DNA from: Acidobacteriota bacterium
Lineage (GTDB): Bacteria > Acidobacteriota > UBA890 > WLXD01
DNA length: 64,000 nt
Assembly: GCA_965205505.1 (NCBI GenBank)
Contig: CBDBHB010000009.1
Coordinates: 2,272,001-2,336,000, forward strand
Direction: 5' to 3'
The notes under the pieces are model-generated. The model did not search any database. It worked only from the letters and a program-made list of their open reading frames with translations, and was not told the origin of the DNA. The position numbers were made by a program, and so were the translations under genes. Each line of letters starts with the position of its first letter. The first letter of the stretch is position 1. Below, one piece after another: positions 1-9,481 of the stretch.

Positions 1-705
1 CTCAAAGAACTTGTATCTAAAGGGACGAAAAGCACTCTCCTTGATCCAGCCAGTAAGCTCACCAGCGGCGTCGCGTGTATAGAGCGCGAGGCCAGGCACA
101 GGGTCGGGGGTGTCGCGGTCAACACCCATCAGTTCAAGCGCCTTCGAGTTGACCCAAATACTGTGGCCGATGTTGCCGCCCAACCAAACGGGTCGATCTG
201 GCACGATCGCATCCAGATCGCTCTTATGAGGCCCATCCTTGCCGTCGCCATACAGGGTCACTGGCCAGCAACACATCACGATCCAGGGTAAGTCCGGATT
301 CTCCTCTGAATACGCCTTCACGGCAGCGAGTATGTCTGCCTTATTGGTCCTCGGTAGCGATCCTGAAGGCCCGCTATAGCGACCCATATACCCGGGATGG
401 GTATGGGCATCCACCAGACCGGGAATTGTCAGCTTGCCGCCGAGGTCATGGCGATCGGTATCGGGGCCGACGAAGCTCTGTGCACCAGCGTTGTCGCCGA
501 CGTACACGAACCTACCGTTCTTGATCGCCACGGCTTCCGCCCAAGGCTGCGCATCGTCGACGGTAAAGAACTCACCGCCCTGCAAGACCAAATCGGCAGG
601 ACCGCCAGTGTCGCCTGGCGACGCGTCCTCCGTTGAAGGCTGACAAGCCGAGAGGCTCAGGCTCGCCAGCAAAGCGATCAACAGCCGCGGCCTGGTTTCC
701 GTCAT
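1..705 (-). CDS. Amidohydrolase family lipoprotein (YtcJ/Amidohydro_3-like), partial, runs off window start
   Basis: Hand translation from ATG 705 (GGAGGA RBS upstream): MTETRPRLLIALLASLSLSAC (lipobox) ...ADLVLQGGEFFTVDDAQPWAEAVAIKNGRF...IPGLVDAHTHP...GHSIWVNSKALELMGV...DAAGELTGWIKE; not in ORF track because it has no stop in the window. Confidence 0.88.
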   Translation of the reverse strand, partial: MTETRPRLLIALLASLSLSACQPSTEDASPGDTGGPADLVLQGGEFFTVDDAQPWAEAVAIKNGRFVYVGDNAGAQSFVGPDTDRHDLGGKLTIPGLVDAHTHPGYMGRYSGPSGSLPRTNKADILAAVKAYSEENPDLPWIVMCCWPVTLYGDGKDGPHKSDLDAIVPDRPVWLGGNIGHSIWVNSKALELMGVDRDTPDPVPGLALYTRDAAGELTGWIKESAFRPFRYKFFE

Positions 706-1023
706 CGATCCTCCAGCCACTGTCTACCTCCCGGGATTTCCGAGATGACCCTGGTCGAGTCAGGCTCTTGGCTTGGTCAGTATCGGGACGCCTGGATACA
801 ACCACCGATCGTTGGGCTCCTCAAGAGATTCGCTGCGCAAATAGCTGGCGTTTCAGCCCTGGCCAAGAAGCCTCAGCTGCCCGGCTCCTCTGCACGTGCT
901 TCCGTTGCTTTGGCTCCGAGAGTCCGCGAGTATGAACGCTGGGAAACACCATTGAAGCCACTTGGCGGCCTGGCGATGGCCAGCTGCCGCAGTTGAGGAC
1001 GCAGCCCAACCTTGAGGTACGCA

Positions 1024-2073
1024 ATGCTACGCAAGTGTCTATTCGTGGGTTTGGTCCTGGCCGGCAACCTGAATGTGGTCGCGGCCCAAGAAGAACGGCC
1101 GGTCTCTCTGACCGAGCTCAGGAGTTGGGCTGAGGAGCTGTCCAACAAGGGTCGATGGGGTGCCGAGGACCGGCTGGGCACGCTCAATCTGATCACGCCC
1201 GCCATCAGACAGTCGGCTGCGGCGCTGGTCCGGGAGGGCATCGTCGTGTCCCTCGCACATGACCTGGTTCCCGGTGAGAATCAGAACGCCCTCCGGACGG
1301 GGATGACGCACGACCATGTCATCGACGTGTACGGACCCGTCACCTGGGGGCAGGATACGGTGAGCATCTTTCCCCATGGATATGCCTACTCCCACCTTGA
1401 CGCGTTGTCACACGCTGCCTTCGACGAGGCGTTCTACAACGGTTATGGAGTAGAGACCCTGACAGAATCGGGATCCGTCGTTCTTGGCGTCGACGTGATG
1501 CGAGACGGCATCGCCTCGCGTGGTGTACTGATTGATCTACCCCGCCTCGAAGAGGTCGAATACCTAGAGCCGCGAACCCTAGTGACTGTGGCGGATCTGG
1601 AGGCATGGGAGCGGAGCACCGGTGAACGCGTCGGCGAAGGCGACGTGCTCCTCGTGCGCACCGGCAGATGGGCCAGGGAAGCGGCTCAGGGCCGCTGGAC
1701 GCTGTATTGCCCTGGCGCCACGCTCGGCTCCGAGACGCCGATAGAAGAAGTTCTGCAACAGTGTCGGGAAGCTGATGAGGGTTCGGCCGGACTCCATCCA
1801 TCTGTTGCGCGCTGGCTGCGGCAGCGTGGGGTAGCGGCCGTAGGCGGCGACGGAGCCAACGAGCGCTATCCCACCCTTGTCGCGGGCATCTCGGATCCGT
1901 TCCACATGCTCACCATCGCTGCGATGGGAATGCCCCTGTTCGACAACCTTGATTTCGAGGCTCTCGCCCGCACGGCCGTCGAGATGAATCGGCAGACGTT
2001 CTTCTTCGTCGCCGCTCCTCTGCGAATCCGAGGTGGGTCAGGATCGCCGGTGAATCCGGTGGCGATCTTCTGA
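1024..2073 (+). CDS. Cyclase family protein (kynurenine formamidase-like metal hydrolase) with signal peptide
   Basis: GRWGAEDRLGTLNLIT, HGYAYSHLDALSH, RGVLIDLPR, GDVLLVRTG, DNLDFEALA, APLRIRGGSGSPVNPVAIF motifs; N-terminal signal ending AAQ. Confidence 0.9.
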   Translation: MLRKCLFVGLVLAGNLNVVAAQEERPVSLTELRSWAEELSNKGRWGAEDRLGTLNLITPAIRQSAAALVREGIVVSLAHDLVPGENQNALRTGMTHDHVIDVYGPVTWGQDTVSIFPHGYAYSHLDALSHAAFDEAFYNGYGVETLTESGSVVLGVDVMRDGIASRGVLIDLPRLEEVEYLEPRTLVTVADLEAWERSTGERVGEGDVLLVRTGRWAREAAQGRWTLYCPGATLGSETPIEEVLQQCREADEGSAGLHPSVARWLRQRGVAAVGGDGANERYPTLVAGISDPFHMLTIAAMGMPLFDNLDFEALARTAVEMNRQTFFFVAAPLRIRGGSGSPVNPVAIF

Positions 2074-2076
2074 ATG

Positions 2077-2207
2077 GGTACTGTCAAGTTAACTCGAAAT
2101 CGGCAAGAAACGCGTGACCCGTAGGACAGGAAACCCCTGGTAATCGGGCGTTTGCGGTCTGGGCGAGGCGCCCAAGCGGGCAAGAATCAGCTTAACTTGA
2201 CAGTACC
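2077..2207. mobile_element. 131-bp MITE-like element with perfect 16-bp terminal inverted repeats
   Basis: GGTACTGTCAAGTTAA at 2077-2092 and its exact reverse complement TTAACTTGACAGTACC at 2192-2207; intergenic, no ORF; no clear target-site duplication. Confidence 0.65.
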
Positions 2208-2253
2208 TCCACCGGTGTCTGTACTTGCCTCGAATTCGGAAGGAGCTCGTTAG

Positions 2254-5244
2254 ATGAGCCGCGTTGCTTCGAGAGTGTTCGTTTCGCTTCTGATCATTGC
2301 CATCGTGCTGCTGACGGGTACACCCGCTAGATCGCAGGGAGACGGGTACTGGCAGGCAGTTGAGAGGATCCGCGACGAAGGCTTCAATCGTTCTCAGGTG
2401 ATCGATTATGCGTGGCACCTCACGGACGTAATCGGTCCGAGGGTCTCAGGTTCTGCCAACATGCGTGAGTCGCAAGAATGGGCTTTGAGCACGATGCAAC
2501 AGATCGGGCTCAGCGACGCAACGATCGCGCCTTGGGGCGAGCACGGTGTGAACTGGGACGTCGAATACGTTTCGCTGCACATGCTGGAGCCCGACTACCA
2601 GCCGTTGATTGGCTACCCACAGGCTTTCACCGCCGGGACCAACGGGAAGATCAGCGGCGAGGTCGTGCTTGCCGATATCGGAAGCAAGGCGGAATTGGAG
2701 GATTATCGCGGCCGTCTGCAGGGCGCAATCGTGCTCTCCACACCGATGCGGCAATACGGCCCACGATTCAAACCGGCCGCGATCCGTCACGACGACGGGT
2801 CGCTAGCGACGTTTGTCGAGGAAGGCGTGGACCGGAATAACGCTTTGCGGCGCGAGGAAGAGTGGACCCGAAATCCGCTGCGGCGTGAAGATCTCGGCGC
2901 CGATGAGCTGGAGGAGTTCTTCAGGTCCGAGGGTGTTGCCGTGGTTCTGGTGGCCGCCCAAGGCGGGGACGGCACGGTCTTCGTCACCGGTAGACGCGAC
3001 CGGTCGCCGGCATCGGTGCGCAATAGCCTTCCGACGCTGTACATCGCACCGGAACACTATGGCCGGATGTATCGTTTGGCCGCCGCCAACGTCTCGGTGA
3101 CGATGGAAGCGGAGGTTCGCATCCGCATCGAGGAGCGCGACAGCCAAGAATACAACGTGATCGGCGAGATTCCGGGCAGCGATCTGGCGCACCAGGTCGT
3201 CATGATCGGCGCCCATCTCGACTCCTGGCACTCCGGCACTGGCGCCACCGACAATGCTTCCGGATCGGCGTGTGTCCTTGAGGCCATGCGTATCTTGAAG
3301 GCCATCGGTGTGGCGCCGCGCCGCACGATACGAGTGGCGCTTTGGAGCAGCGAGGAGGGCGGGCTACGCGGCTCCCGCGCCTACGTAGCCGAGCATTTCG
3401 GGAATCCGCGAGACGGCATGAAGGCCGACTACGAGAACTTCTCTGCCTACTTCAACATGGACAACGGCACGGGCCAGGTTCGTGGAATTCATCAGCAGGG
3501 CAACCAATTCGTCGCGCCGATCTTCGAGGCGTGGATGAAGCCGTTCGACGATCTTAAGGTCGGCACCCTGTCGAACTTCAGCAATCGCGGCTCCGATCAG
3601 CTGTCGTTCGATGAGGCGGGGTTGCCCGGGTTCCAGATCTTGCAGGATCGCATCGAATACCGCACCCGCACCCACCACACGAACATGGATGTGTTCGACA
3701 AGTTGTTGCCCGAGGATCTGAAGATCAACTCGGTTGTTCTCGCCAGCCTCGCCTATCAGGCAGCGATGGTTGACGAGCGCATGCCGCGCAAATCGTTCAC
3801 TGATTGGCGGCCGCAGTTCGAGACTGTGCAGGAGGAGGTGTTCGGTGCCGGCAACACCTACACCAACGCGGTCGCGGACTACGACAACGATGGCGACCTG
3901 GACATCTTCGTGGGCTTCAATCAACGCGCCAACCGGCTGTACCGAAACGACGGCGGGATATTCACCGATGTGGCCGCGCAGGTCGGTGTTGCCGACAACG
4001 ACGTGACGCGGGCCGCGGCCTGGGGCGACTACAACGGCGACGGGCACCTGGATTTGTTCGTCGGCTTCGTTTCGCGTCAGGGAAGCTCGAGCAGGCTGTA
4101 CGAGAACACCGGCGACGGGGGGCAGTTCACCGACGTGACGGAAGCTGCCGGGCTCGAGATGACCGGTAGCTTTCGGCAGGTGAGCTGGGTCGACTACGAC
4201 ATCGATGGAGATGTCGACCTGTTCGTCGGTCTACGCGACAAACCAAACGCTCTGTACCGAAACGACGACGGCAGGTTTACGAACGTTGCCCAGGCTCTGG
4301 GTGTAGACGATCCGCGCCGCACCGTCGGCGCCGCGTGGCTCGATTTCGATGCGGATGGTGATCTCGACCTCGTGGTCGCCAACATGGACGGCGATGCCAA
4401 TGGCCTGTTTCGCAATGATCGTTCGCGCTTCGTCGACGTGGCCGCTCAGGCCGGTCTAGACCACGGCGGGCGAGTGCTTGGAAACGCATCGTTCGGCACC
4501 GTGAGGCCAGCGATTGCGGATTTTGACAGCGATGGGAAGCTCGACGTCTTCATGGCCAACTACGGACCCAACGGCCTCTTCCGGAACCTGGGAGACGGTA
4601 TGTTCGAGAGCGTCGCGCCACGCATGGGGCTGGCCATCGACAGCCGCTACGACACGGCGACATGGGGCGACTACGACAACGACGGCCGTCCCGACCTGTA
4701 TGTCAACGGTACCGTCAGCGGCGGCCGCAACTACCGTGACTACCTGTTCCACAACGACGGTGACCGGTTCACCGACGTCACGCCGCCGGTGGTCGGTGAT
4801 CAAGAGTCCGACCATGGCGCCCACTGGGCCGACATGGATGGCGATGGCGACCTCGATCTGGCGCTCACCGGCGGTTCCGCGGCGGGTATGCACTACGTGC
4901 TGCTGAACTCACAGGTTGACGAACGCGCCCGCAGATCGTTGCAGGTGCTCGTTCTCGACGCGGACGGCCGCTACACGCGTGCCGGCGCAGAAGTTCGGCT
5001 GTTCGATGCGGCGAGCGGCGCGCTGCTCGGAACGCGCATCGTCGACACGGGGTCCGGCTACAACTCTCAGAACGCCATGCCCGTGCACTTCGGGCTGGCG
5101 AGAGAGGCCCTCGTGGAGGTCGAGGTGACGACAATGACGCGACAGGGTCGAAGGCGTGCGCGACTGTCGGACATCGATCCGAGTGCCTACGGCGGTCGCT
5201 GGCTTGTCGTGAAGGTCGATGAGAACGGAGATGTAGGGCAATAG
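2254..5244 (+). CDS. M28 family metallopeptidase fused to FG-GAP/VCBS repeats and C-terminal ASPIC/UnbV (CRTAC1-like) domain
   Basis: N-half: signal peptide, GAHLDSWH, GATDNASG, EEGGLRGS, NMD, HHT zinc-ligand motifs; C-half: about seven DxDxDGxxDL repeats followed by GAEVRL...GSGYNSQN..PVHFGL. Confidence 0.9.
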   Translation: MSRVASRVFVSLLIIAIVLLTGTPARSQGDGYWQAVERIRDEGFNRSQVIDYAWHLTDVIGPRVSGSANMRESQEWALSTMQQIGLSDATIAPWGEHGVNWDVEYVSLHMLEPDYQPLIGYPQAFTAGTNGKISGEVVLADIGSKAELEDYRGRLQGAIVLSTPMRQYGPRFKPAAIRHDDGSLATFVEEGVDRNNALRREEEWTRNPLRREDLGADELEEFFRSEGVAVVLVAAQGGDGTVFVTGRRDRSPASVRNSLPTLYIAPEHYGRMYRLAAANVSVTMEAEVRIRIEERDSQEYNVIGEIPGSDLAHQVVMIGAHLDSWHSGTGATDNASGSACVLEAMRILKAIGVAPRRTIRVALWSSEEGGLRGSRAYVAEHFGNPRDGMKADYENFSAYFNMDNGTGQVRGIHQQGNQFVAPIFEAWMKPFDDLKVGTLSNFSNRGSDQLSFDEAGLPGFQILQDRIEYRTRTHHTNMDVFDKLLPEDLKINSVVLASLAYQAAMVDERMPRKSFTDWRPQFETVQEEVFGAGNTYTNAVADYDNDGDLDIFVGFNQRANRLYRNDGGIFTDVAAQVGVADNDVTRAAAWGDYNGDGHLDLFVGFVSRQGSSSRLYENTGDGGQFTDVTEAAGLEMTGSFRQVSWVDYDIDGDVDLFVGLRDKPNALYRNDDGRFTNVAQALGVDDPRRTVGAAWLDFDADGDLDLVVANMDGDANGLFRNDRSRFVDVAAQAGLDHGGRVLGNASFGTVRPAIADFDSDGKLDVFMANYGPNGLFRNLGDGMFESVAPRMGLAIDSRYDTATWGDYDNDGRPDLYVNGTVSGGRNYRDYLFHNDGDRFTDVTPPVVGDQESDHGAHWADMDGDGDLDLALTGGSAAGMHYVLLNSQVDERARRSLQVLVLDADGRYTRAGAEVRLFDAASGALLGTRIVDTGSGYNSQNAMPVHFGLAREALVEVEVTTMTRQGRRRARLSDIDPSAYGGRWLVVKVDENGDVGQ

Positions 5245-5361
5245 AATCGCGGCGATCACCTCCACCAACTAGCCTGCGTGCCCAGCACGTCGGGCGTGTT
5301 GCCGAGTCCGGGATGTCAGGGCCTCCTCGCAGGTTTTCGCCAAAGCAACAGGGAGAAACTC

Positions 5362-6672
5362 ATGAAGTTCGGTTCGTTCGGCTGCGTCGCGGGAGTCTTG
5401 TTGGTCGTCACCGCCGGGGTGGGAGCGGCGCAAGCGCCGGACACGCGGTATGTTCGCGCCGGAGCGGTCGTCGACGTGATGAACGGTCAGCTGCTACTCG
5501 ATCAGGGCATTGTCGTGCGCGACGGCCGCATCGAGTCCATCGGGCCGGCAGCATCGACGGCGGTGCCGCAAGGGGCCGCGGTCATCGATCTGTCTGCTGC
5601 CACCGTGCTGCCCGGTCTGATTGACCTGCACACTCACCTCACGAGCGACGGACAATCGCATGGCTACGCGGCGCTGGCGGTCTCCCAAACGCGGGCGGCG
5701 TTGAAGGGAGTGCGCCAGGCGAGGTTGACGCTCGACGCTGGCTTCACGACAGTGCGCAATGTCGGCGCCGCTGGCTTTACTGATGTGGCGCTGCGCGATG
5801 CCATAAACGACGGCGACTTTGTCGGGCCGCGCATGCTGGTCTCGGGACCGGCGCTCGGCATCACCGGCGGCCATTGCGACATGAACCTGCTGCCGCCCGA
5901 GTTCGACTTCGTCGGTGAGGGTGTCGCCGACGGACCGTGGGCCATTCGTCGGCGGATTCGTGAGAACGCCAAGTACGGCGTCGACCTGATCAAGTTCTGC
6001 GCTACCGGCGGGGTGCTGTCCAAGGGGACGACGGTGGGCGGCCTGCAGTACACCTTCGAGGAGATGCAGGCGATTGTCGACGAGGCCCACAAGTTCGGCT
6101 TCTTGGTCGCCGCTCACGCGCATGGCACCGAGGGAATCAAGCTCGCGATCCAGGCCGGCGTCGACTCCATTGAGCACGCCAGTATGCTCGATGACGAGGG
6201 GATTCAGCTGGCGATCGAGCACGGGGCGGCGCTGTCGATGGACGTGTACGTGTCGGACTACATCCTGACCTCCGGGGAGGAGGCGGGGATCCTGCCCGAG
6301 TCGCTCGACAAGGAGCGCCAGGTCGGCCGCGTGCAGCGTGAGAGCTTCCGGCGCGCCCACGCCGCGGGCGTGCGGATCGTTTTCGGGTCCGACGCCGGGG
6401 TATACCCGCATGGCTCCAACGGCCGTCAGTTTGCCTATATGGTGCAGTGGGGCATGACGCCGATGGAGGCGATTCAAGCAGCCACGATCAACGCCGCTCG
6501 TCTTCTGAAGCGGGACAACGAGTTCGGCGCGCTGGTCGTCGGTCGCTCCGCCGACCTCATCGCGGTCGCCGGCAACCCGCTCGAGAACGTGCGCACGCTC
6601 GAGAACGTGGGGTTCGTGATGAAACAGGGAGAGGTATTCAAAGACGAGCTGTCGGGATCAGCGTCCCGCTAG
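5362..6672 (+). CDS. Exported metal-dependent amidohydrolase (Xaa-Pro dipeptidase-like subgroup)
   Basis: LPGLIDLHTH, GFTTVRNVG, IKFCATGGV, AAHAHG, SIEHAS, FGSDAGVYPHG; ATG 5362 preceded by GGGAGA. Confidence 0.92.
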   Translation: MKFGSFGCVAGVLLVVTAGVGAAQAPDTRYVRAGAVVDVMNGQLLLDQGIVVRDGRIESIGPAASTAVPQGAAVIDLSAATVLPGLIDLHTHLTSDGQSHGYAALAVSQTRAALKGVRQARLTLDAGFTTVRNVGAAGFTDVALRDAINDGDFVGPRMLVSGPALGITGGHCDMNLLPPEFDFVGEGVADGPWAIRRRIRENAKYGVDLIKFCATGGVLSKGTTVGGLQYTFEEMQAIVDEAHKFGFLVAAHAHGTEGIKLAIQAGVDSIEHASMLDDEGIQLAIEHGAALSMDVYVSDYILTSGEEAGILPESLDKERQVGRVQRESFRRAHAAGVRIVFGSDAGVYPHGSNGRQFAYMVQWGMTPMEAIQAATINAARLLKRDNEFGALVVGRSADLIAVAGNPLENVRTLENVGFVMKQGEVFKDELSGSASR

Positions 6673-6803
6673 TCCGCGGGTCGGCGCCATCGGCTGTAGA
6701 CGTTTATCGGCGCATCTTCGAAGTCAACGCTAGCGGCGAAGATCGTGTGGGAGTATGTGAGCCGCATACTTTCACCACGGCCTGCTGCCAGGAGGAAAAC
6801 ACC

Positions 6804-8252
6804 ATGAAGCGTCTGCTGGTCCAACTCACAACTCTCACGCTCCTGCTTCCGGCAGCAACCAGCGCCCAGCAGGCAGAGTCCTACGATTACTGGCGTGCCA
6901 ACCGCAACATCATCCAGTACGGGCAGCAGGCGATCTTCATGTGCAATGGCCTGTTCACGTCGAATCGTACGCTCGAGCATGTTTTCGAGCAGGAGCTGGC
7001 CTATCTACGACAGCCGGTGGGTACCCCTGCAGGTGGCGACTACGTCGTCGACTGGGATCGTCGGGCAGTGGCGATCGGGACACCCGGTGGCACGCCGTTG
7101 ATGCGCGCGGCGTTCCGTGAGGGGCTGGGGTGCGTGATCATGGCGCCCGATCAGACCTTCGAGGATATCGACAGCCTACCGCTTCTCGACACGCCGGCGC
7201 CGTCTAGTGATCCAGCAACCATTGCGTGGCCCGATGGCGACATGGTTGCCGACGAGCCGTTCCCGCCGGAGCTCAACGCCGCCAGCTTGCAGGCCGCATC
7301 GGACTGGGCATTCGAGCGCGAGTCGCCCGAGCAGGTAACGCTGAGCTTGCTGGTTGTTCATCGCGGTCGGATCATCCACGAGCGCTATGCGCCTGGGGTC
7401 GAGATGACCACGCGCACACGCACCTGGTCGACCGCAAAGAGCATCGCGGTGACACTCATTGGCATGCTGGTGGACGAGGGCCGGCTACAGCTCGATGCGC
7501 CGCTCGGCTTCGATTGGCTTCCGGAGGCCGTCGACGCCGAGTCCGATCCGCGCGCCCAGATCACGTTGAGGCATGCGCTCAACATGTCGAGTGGCCTCAA
7601 CACCGTCGACAACGCCGGGTTCGAGTACGCCACCGGCTCCGGACAAGCCTACTGGGCCGGTGCCAGCTCGATCCGCGGCGCGCGGAGTCGCGGGCTGATC
7701 CGCGCGCCGGGGTCGCACTGGGACTACGAAAACTACGACACTCTGCTCGCCGTATACGCCATGAAGCTGGCGATCGGCGACGACCAGGAATACTTGCAAT
7801 ACCCGCGCAGCGCTCTTCTGGATCCGATCGGCATGCGCAACACGCTGCTCAGCGTGGATCGTTTCGGCGATTTCATCCTCAGCAGCCAGGTTTACACGAA
7901 CGCTCGCGACCTCGCCCGGTTCGGGCTGTTATACCTGCAGCAAGGCATGTGGAACGGCCGGCGGCTACTGTCTGAAGAGTGGATCGAGTTCACGCGAAAA
8001 CCGGCGCCATCCACCGCGGCCCGCGGCAACTTCTACGGCGGTCAGTGGTGGCTCGTGCCTGACAGTCGCACAGACGTGCCGAGCAACGCCTACTCGACGG
8101 CGGGAAACCGTGGCCAATACGCCATCGTCGTGCCCTCGCACGACCTGGTGATCGTGCGACGCGGCCTCGACTACGGGCGGCAGGGATTCAACAACTGGGA
8201 TCTGACGCGAGAGGTACTCAAGGCCTTCGGAACTGCTGCCGACGATGAGTAG
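6804..8252 (+). CDS. Serine hydrolase, beta-lactamase class C/penicillin-binding family, exported
   Basis: SxxK (WSTAKS), ITLRHALNMSSGL, YxN (YEN), ARDLARFGLLYL, G.RGQ...VVPSHDLVIVR; AGGAGG RBS before ATG 6804. Confidence 0.9.
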   Translation: MKRLLVQLTTLTLLLPAATSAQQAESYDYWRANRNIIQYGQQAIFMCNGLFTSNRTLEHVFEQELAYLRQPVGTPAGGDYVVDWDRRAVAIGTPGGTPLMRAAFREGLGCVIMAPDQTFEDIDSLPLLDTPAPSSDPATIAWPDGDMVADEPFPPELNAASLQAASDWAFERESPEQVTLSLLVVHRGRIIHERYAPGVEMTTRTRTWSTAKSIAVTLIGMLVDEGRLQLDAPLGFDWLPEAVDAESDPRAQITLRHALNMSSGLNTVDNAGFEYATGSGQAYWAGASSIRGARSRGLIRAPGSHWDYENYDTLLAVYAMKLAIGDDQEYLQYPRSALLDPIGMRNTLLSVDRFGDFILSSQVYTNARDLARFGLLYLQQGMWNGRRLLSEEWIEFTRKPAPSTAARGNFYGGQWWLVPDSRTDVPSNAYSTAGNRGQYAIVVPSHDLVIVRRGLDYGRQGFNNWDLTREVLKAFGTAADDE

Positions 8253-8269
8253 GCGGGAAGCCGGCGAGG

Positions 8270-9481
8270 TCAGACTCCACGCCGCGCGGCTCGCGGTTGC
8301 TGTTCACGACACACGATAGCGAAGAGGACTGCGGCGGCCAACGACGTGGTGGCGCCGAAGGCGAACGGCGCATGGGCACCGAACCGCTCCCAGAGCACTC
8401 CGGCGATCAGGCTGGCCACCAGGACGAGCACGCCGGTGACCGCCTGATACAGCCCCATGGCGGTGGCGATACGGCCGCGTTGCGCCAGGTCGCTTACGTA
8501 GGCACGGCCGGCACCGGCGAACGCTGCGGCGTAGAGCCCATACAGGGCCAACAGCGGTACGGCGTAACGCCGATCGTCGGCGATCGCAAAGCCGGCATAG
8601 ACCACGCCGGAGAGCACAAAGCCACCTAGCAGGACGCCGCGGCGGCCGATGCGGTCGGACAGGGATCCGGCAGGCAGCGCCGCGGCCGCGTAGGTGAGGT
8701 TGTAGATCACATAGAGGCCGAGGACACCCTCGGGTGACCACCCCAGATCGCGGGCGCGCAACAGCAGGAAGACATTGCTGCTGTTGCCGAGGGCGAACAG
8801 AGCAACGACCAGCAGAAACCGGAGGAGCTCAGGAGAGGCGTTGAGCCCGAAACCCGTCCCCGGAGATTCAGGCAGCGGCCCACGGATCTCGGCGACTCGG
8901 GCGAGCACCACGATCCCCGCAAACGCCGGGACGGCGGCGAGCAGGAAGAGCCCGGTGTAGCCCAGGCCGAAGGTGGAGAGCGCTACGAGCGCCAGCAGGG
9001 GCCCGATGACGGCACCCGTCGTATCCATGGCCCGATGGAACCCTAACGCCCTGCCGCGGTGCTCGGGCGCCGTGGAGTCGGCGATCAGGGCGTCGCGCGC
9101 CGGACCCCGCAATCCCTTTCCGGCGCGGTCGACCACACGAGCACCGAGCACCCAGATCCAGCTGGCAGCCAGCGCCAGCAGCGGTTTGGCGATGGCCGAC
9201 AACGTGTAGCCGGCGAGCGCGAACGGTCGGCGGCGCCGGGTGCGATCCGACAGCCAACCCGAGATTGCCTTGAGCGTGCTCGCCACGCTCTCAGCGACGC
9301 CCTCGATCAACCCGACGACGCTGATTGGAGCGCCCAGCACCTCGGTCACGTAGAGCGGGATGACGGCGTATAGCATCTCGCTGCTCAGGTCGGTGAGCAG
9401 GCTGACCACGCCCAGCTTTCGGACGTCAGGGCCGATAGGCGGCGGCGCGGTGGCGGTCTGATCCGTCGCGGTTGGCTTCAG
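8270..9481 (-). CDS. MFS transporter (start uncertain: GTG 9409 or CTG 9481)
   Basis: VSLLTDLSSEM, GWLSDRTRRRR, DRAGKGLRGPARDALIADS, GSLSDRIGRR motifs; 12-TM pattern; frame is open back to the stop codon of the upstream gene. Confidence 0.9.
   Translation of the reverse strand: MKPTATDQTATAPPPIGPDVRKLGVVSLLTDLSSEMLYAVIPLYVTEVLGAPISVVGLIEGVAESVASTLKAISGWLSDRTRRRRPFALAGYTLSAIAKPLLALAASWIWVLGARVVDRAGKGLRGPARDALIADSTAPEHRGRALGFHRAMDTTGAVIGPLLALVALSTFGLGYTGLFLLAAVPAFAGIVVLARVAEIRGPLPESPGTGFGLNASPELLRFLLVVALFALGNSSNVFLLLRARDLGWSPEGVLGLYVIYNLTYAAAALPAGSLSDRIGRRGVLLGGFVLSGVVYAGFAIADDRRYAVPLLALYGLYAAAFAGAGRAYVSDLAQRGRIATAMGLYQAVTGVLVLVASLIAGVLWERFGAHAPFAFGATTSLAAAVLFAIVCREQQPRAARRGV

Noticed and set aside
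3860-4870. Regularly recurring GAC..GAC GGC GAC nucleotide repeats
   Set aside because: They encode FG-GAP protein repeats; not CRISPR, no constant repeat/spacer structure
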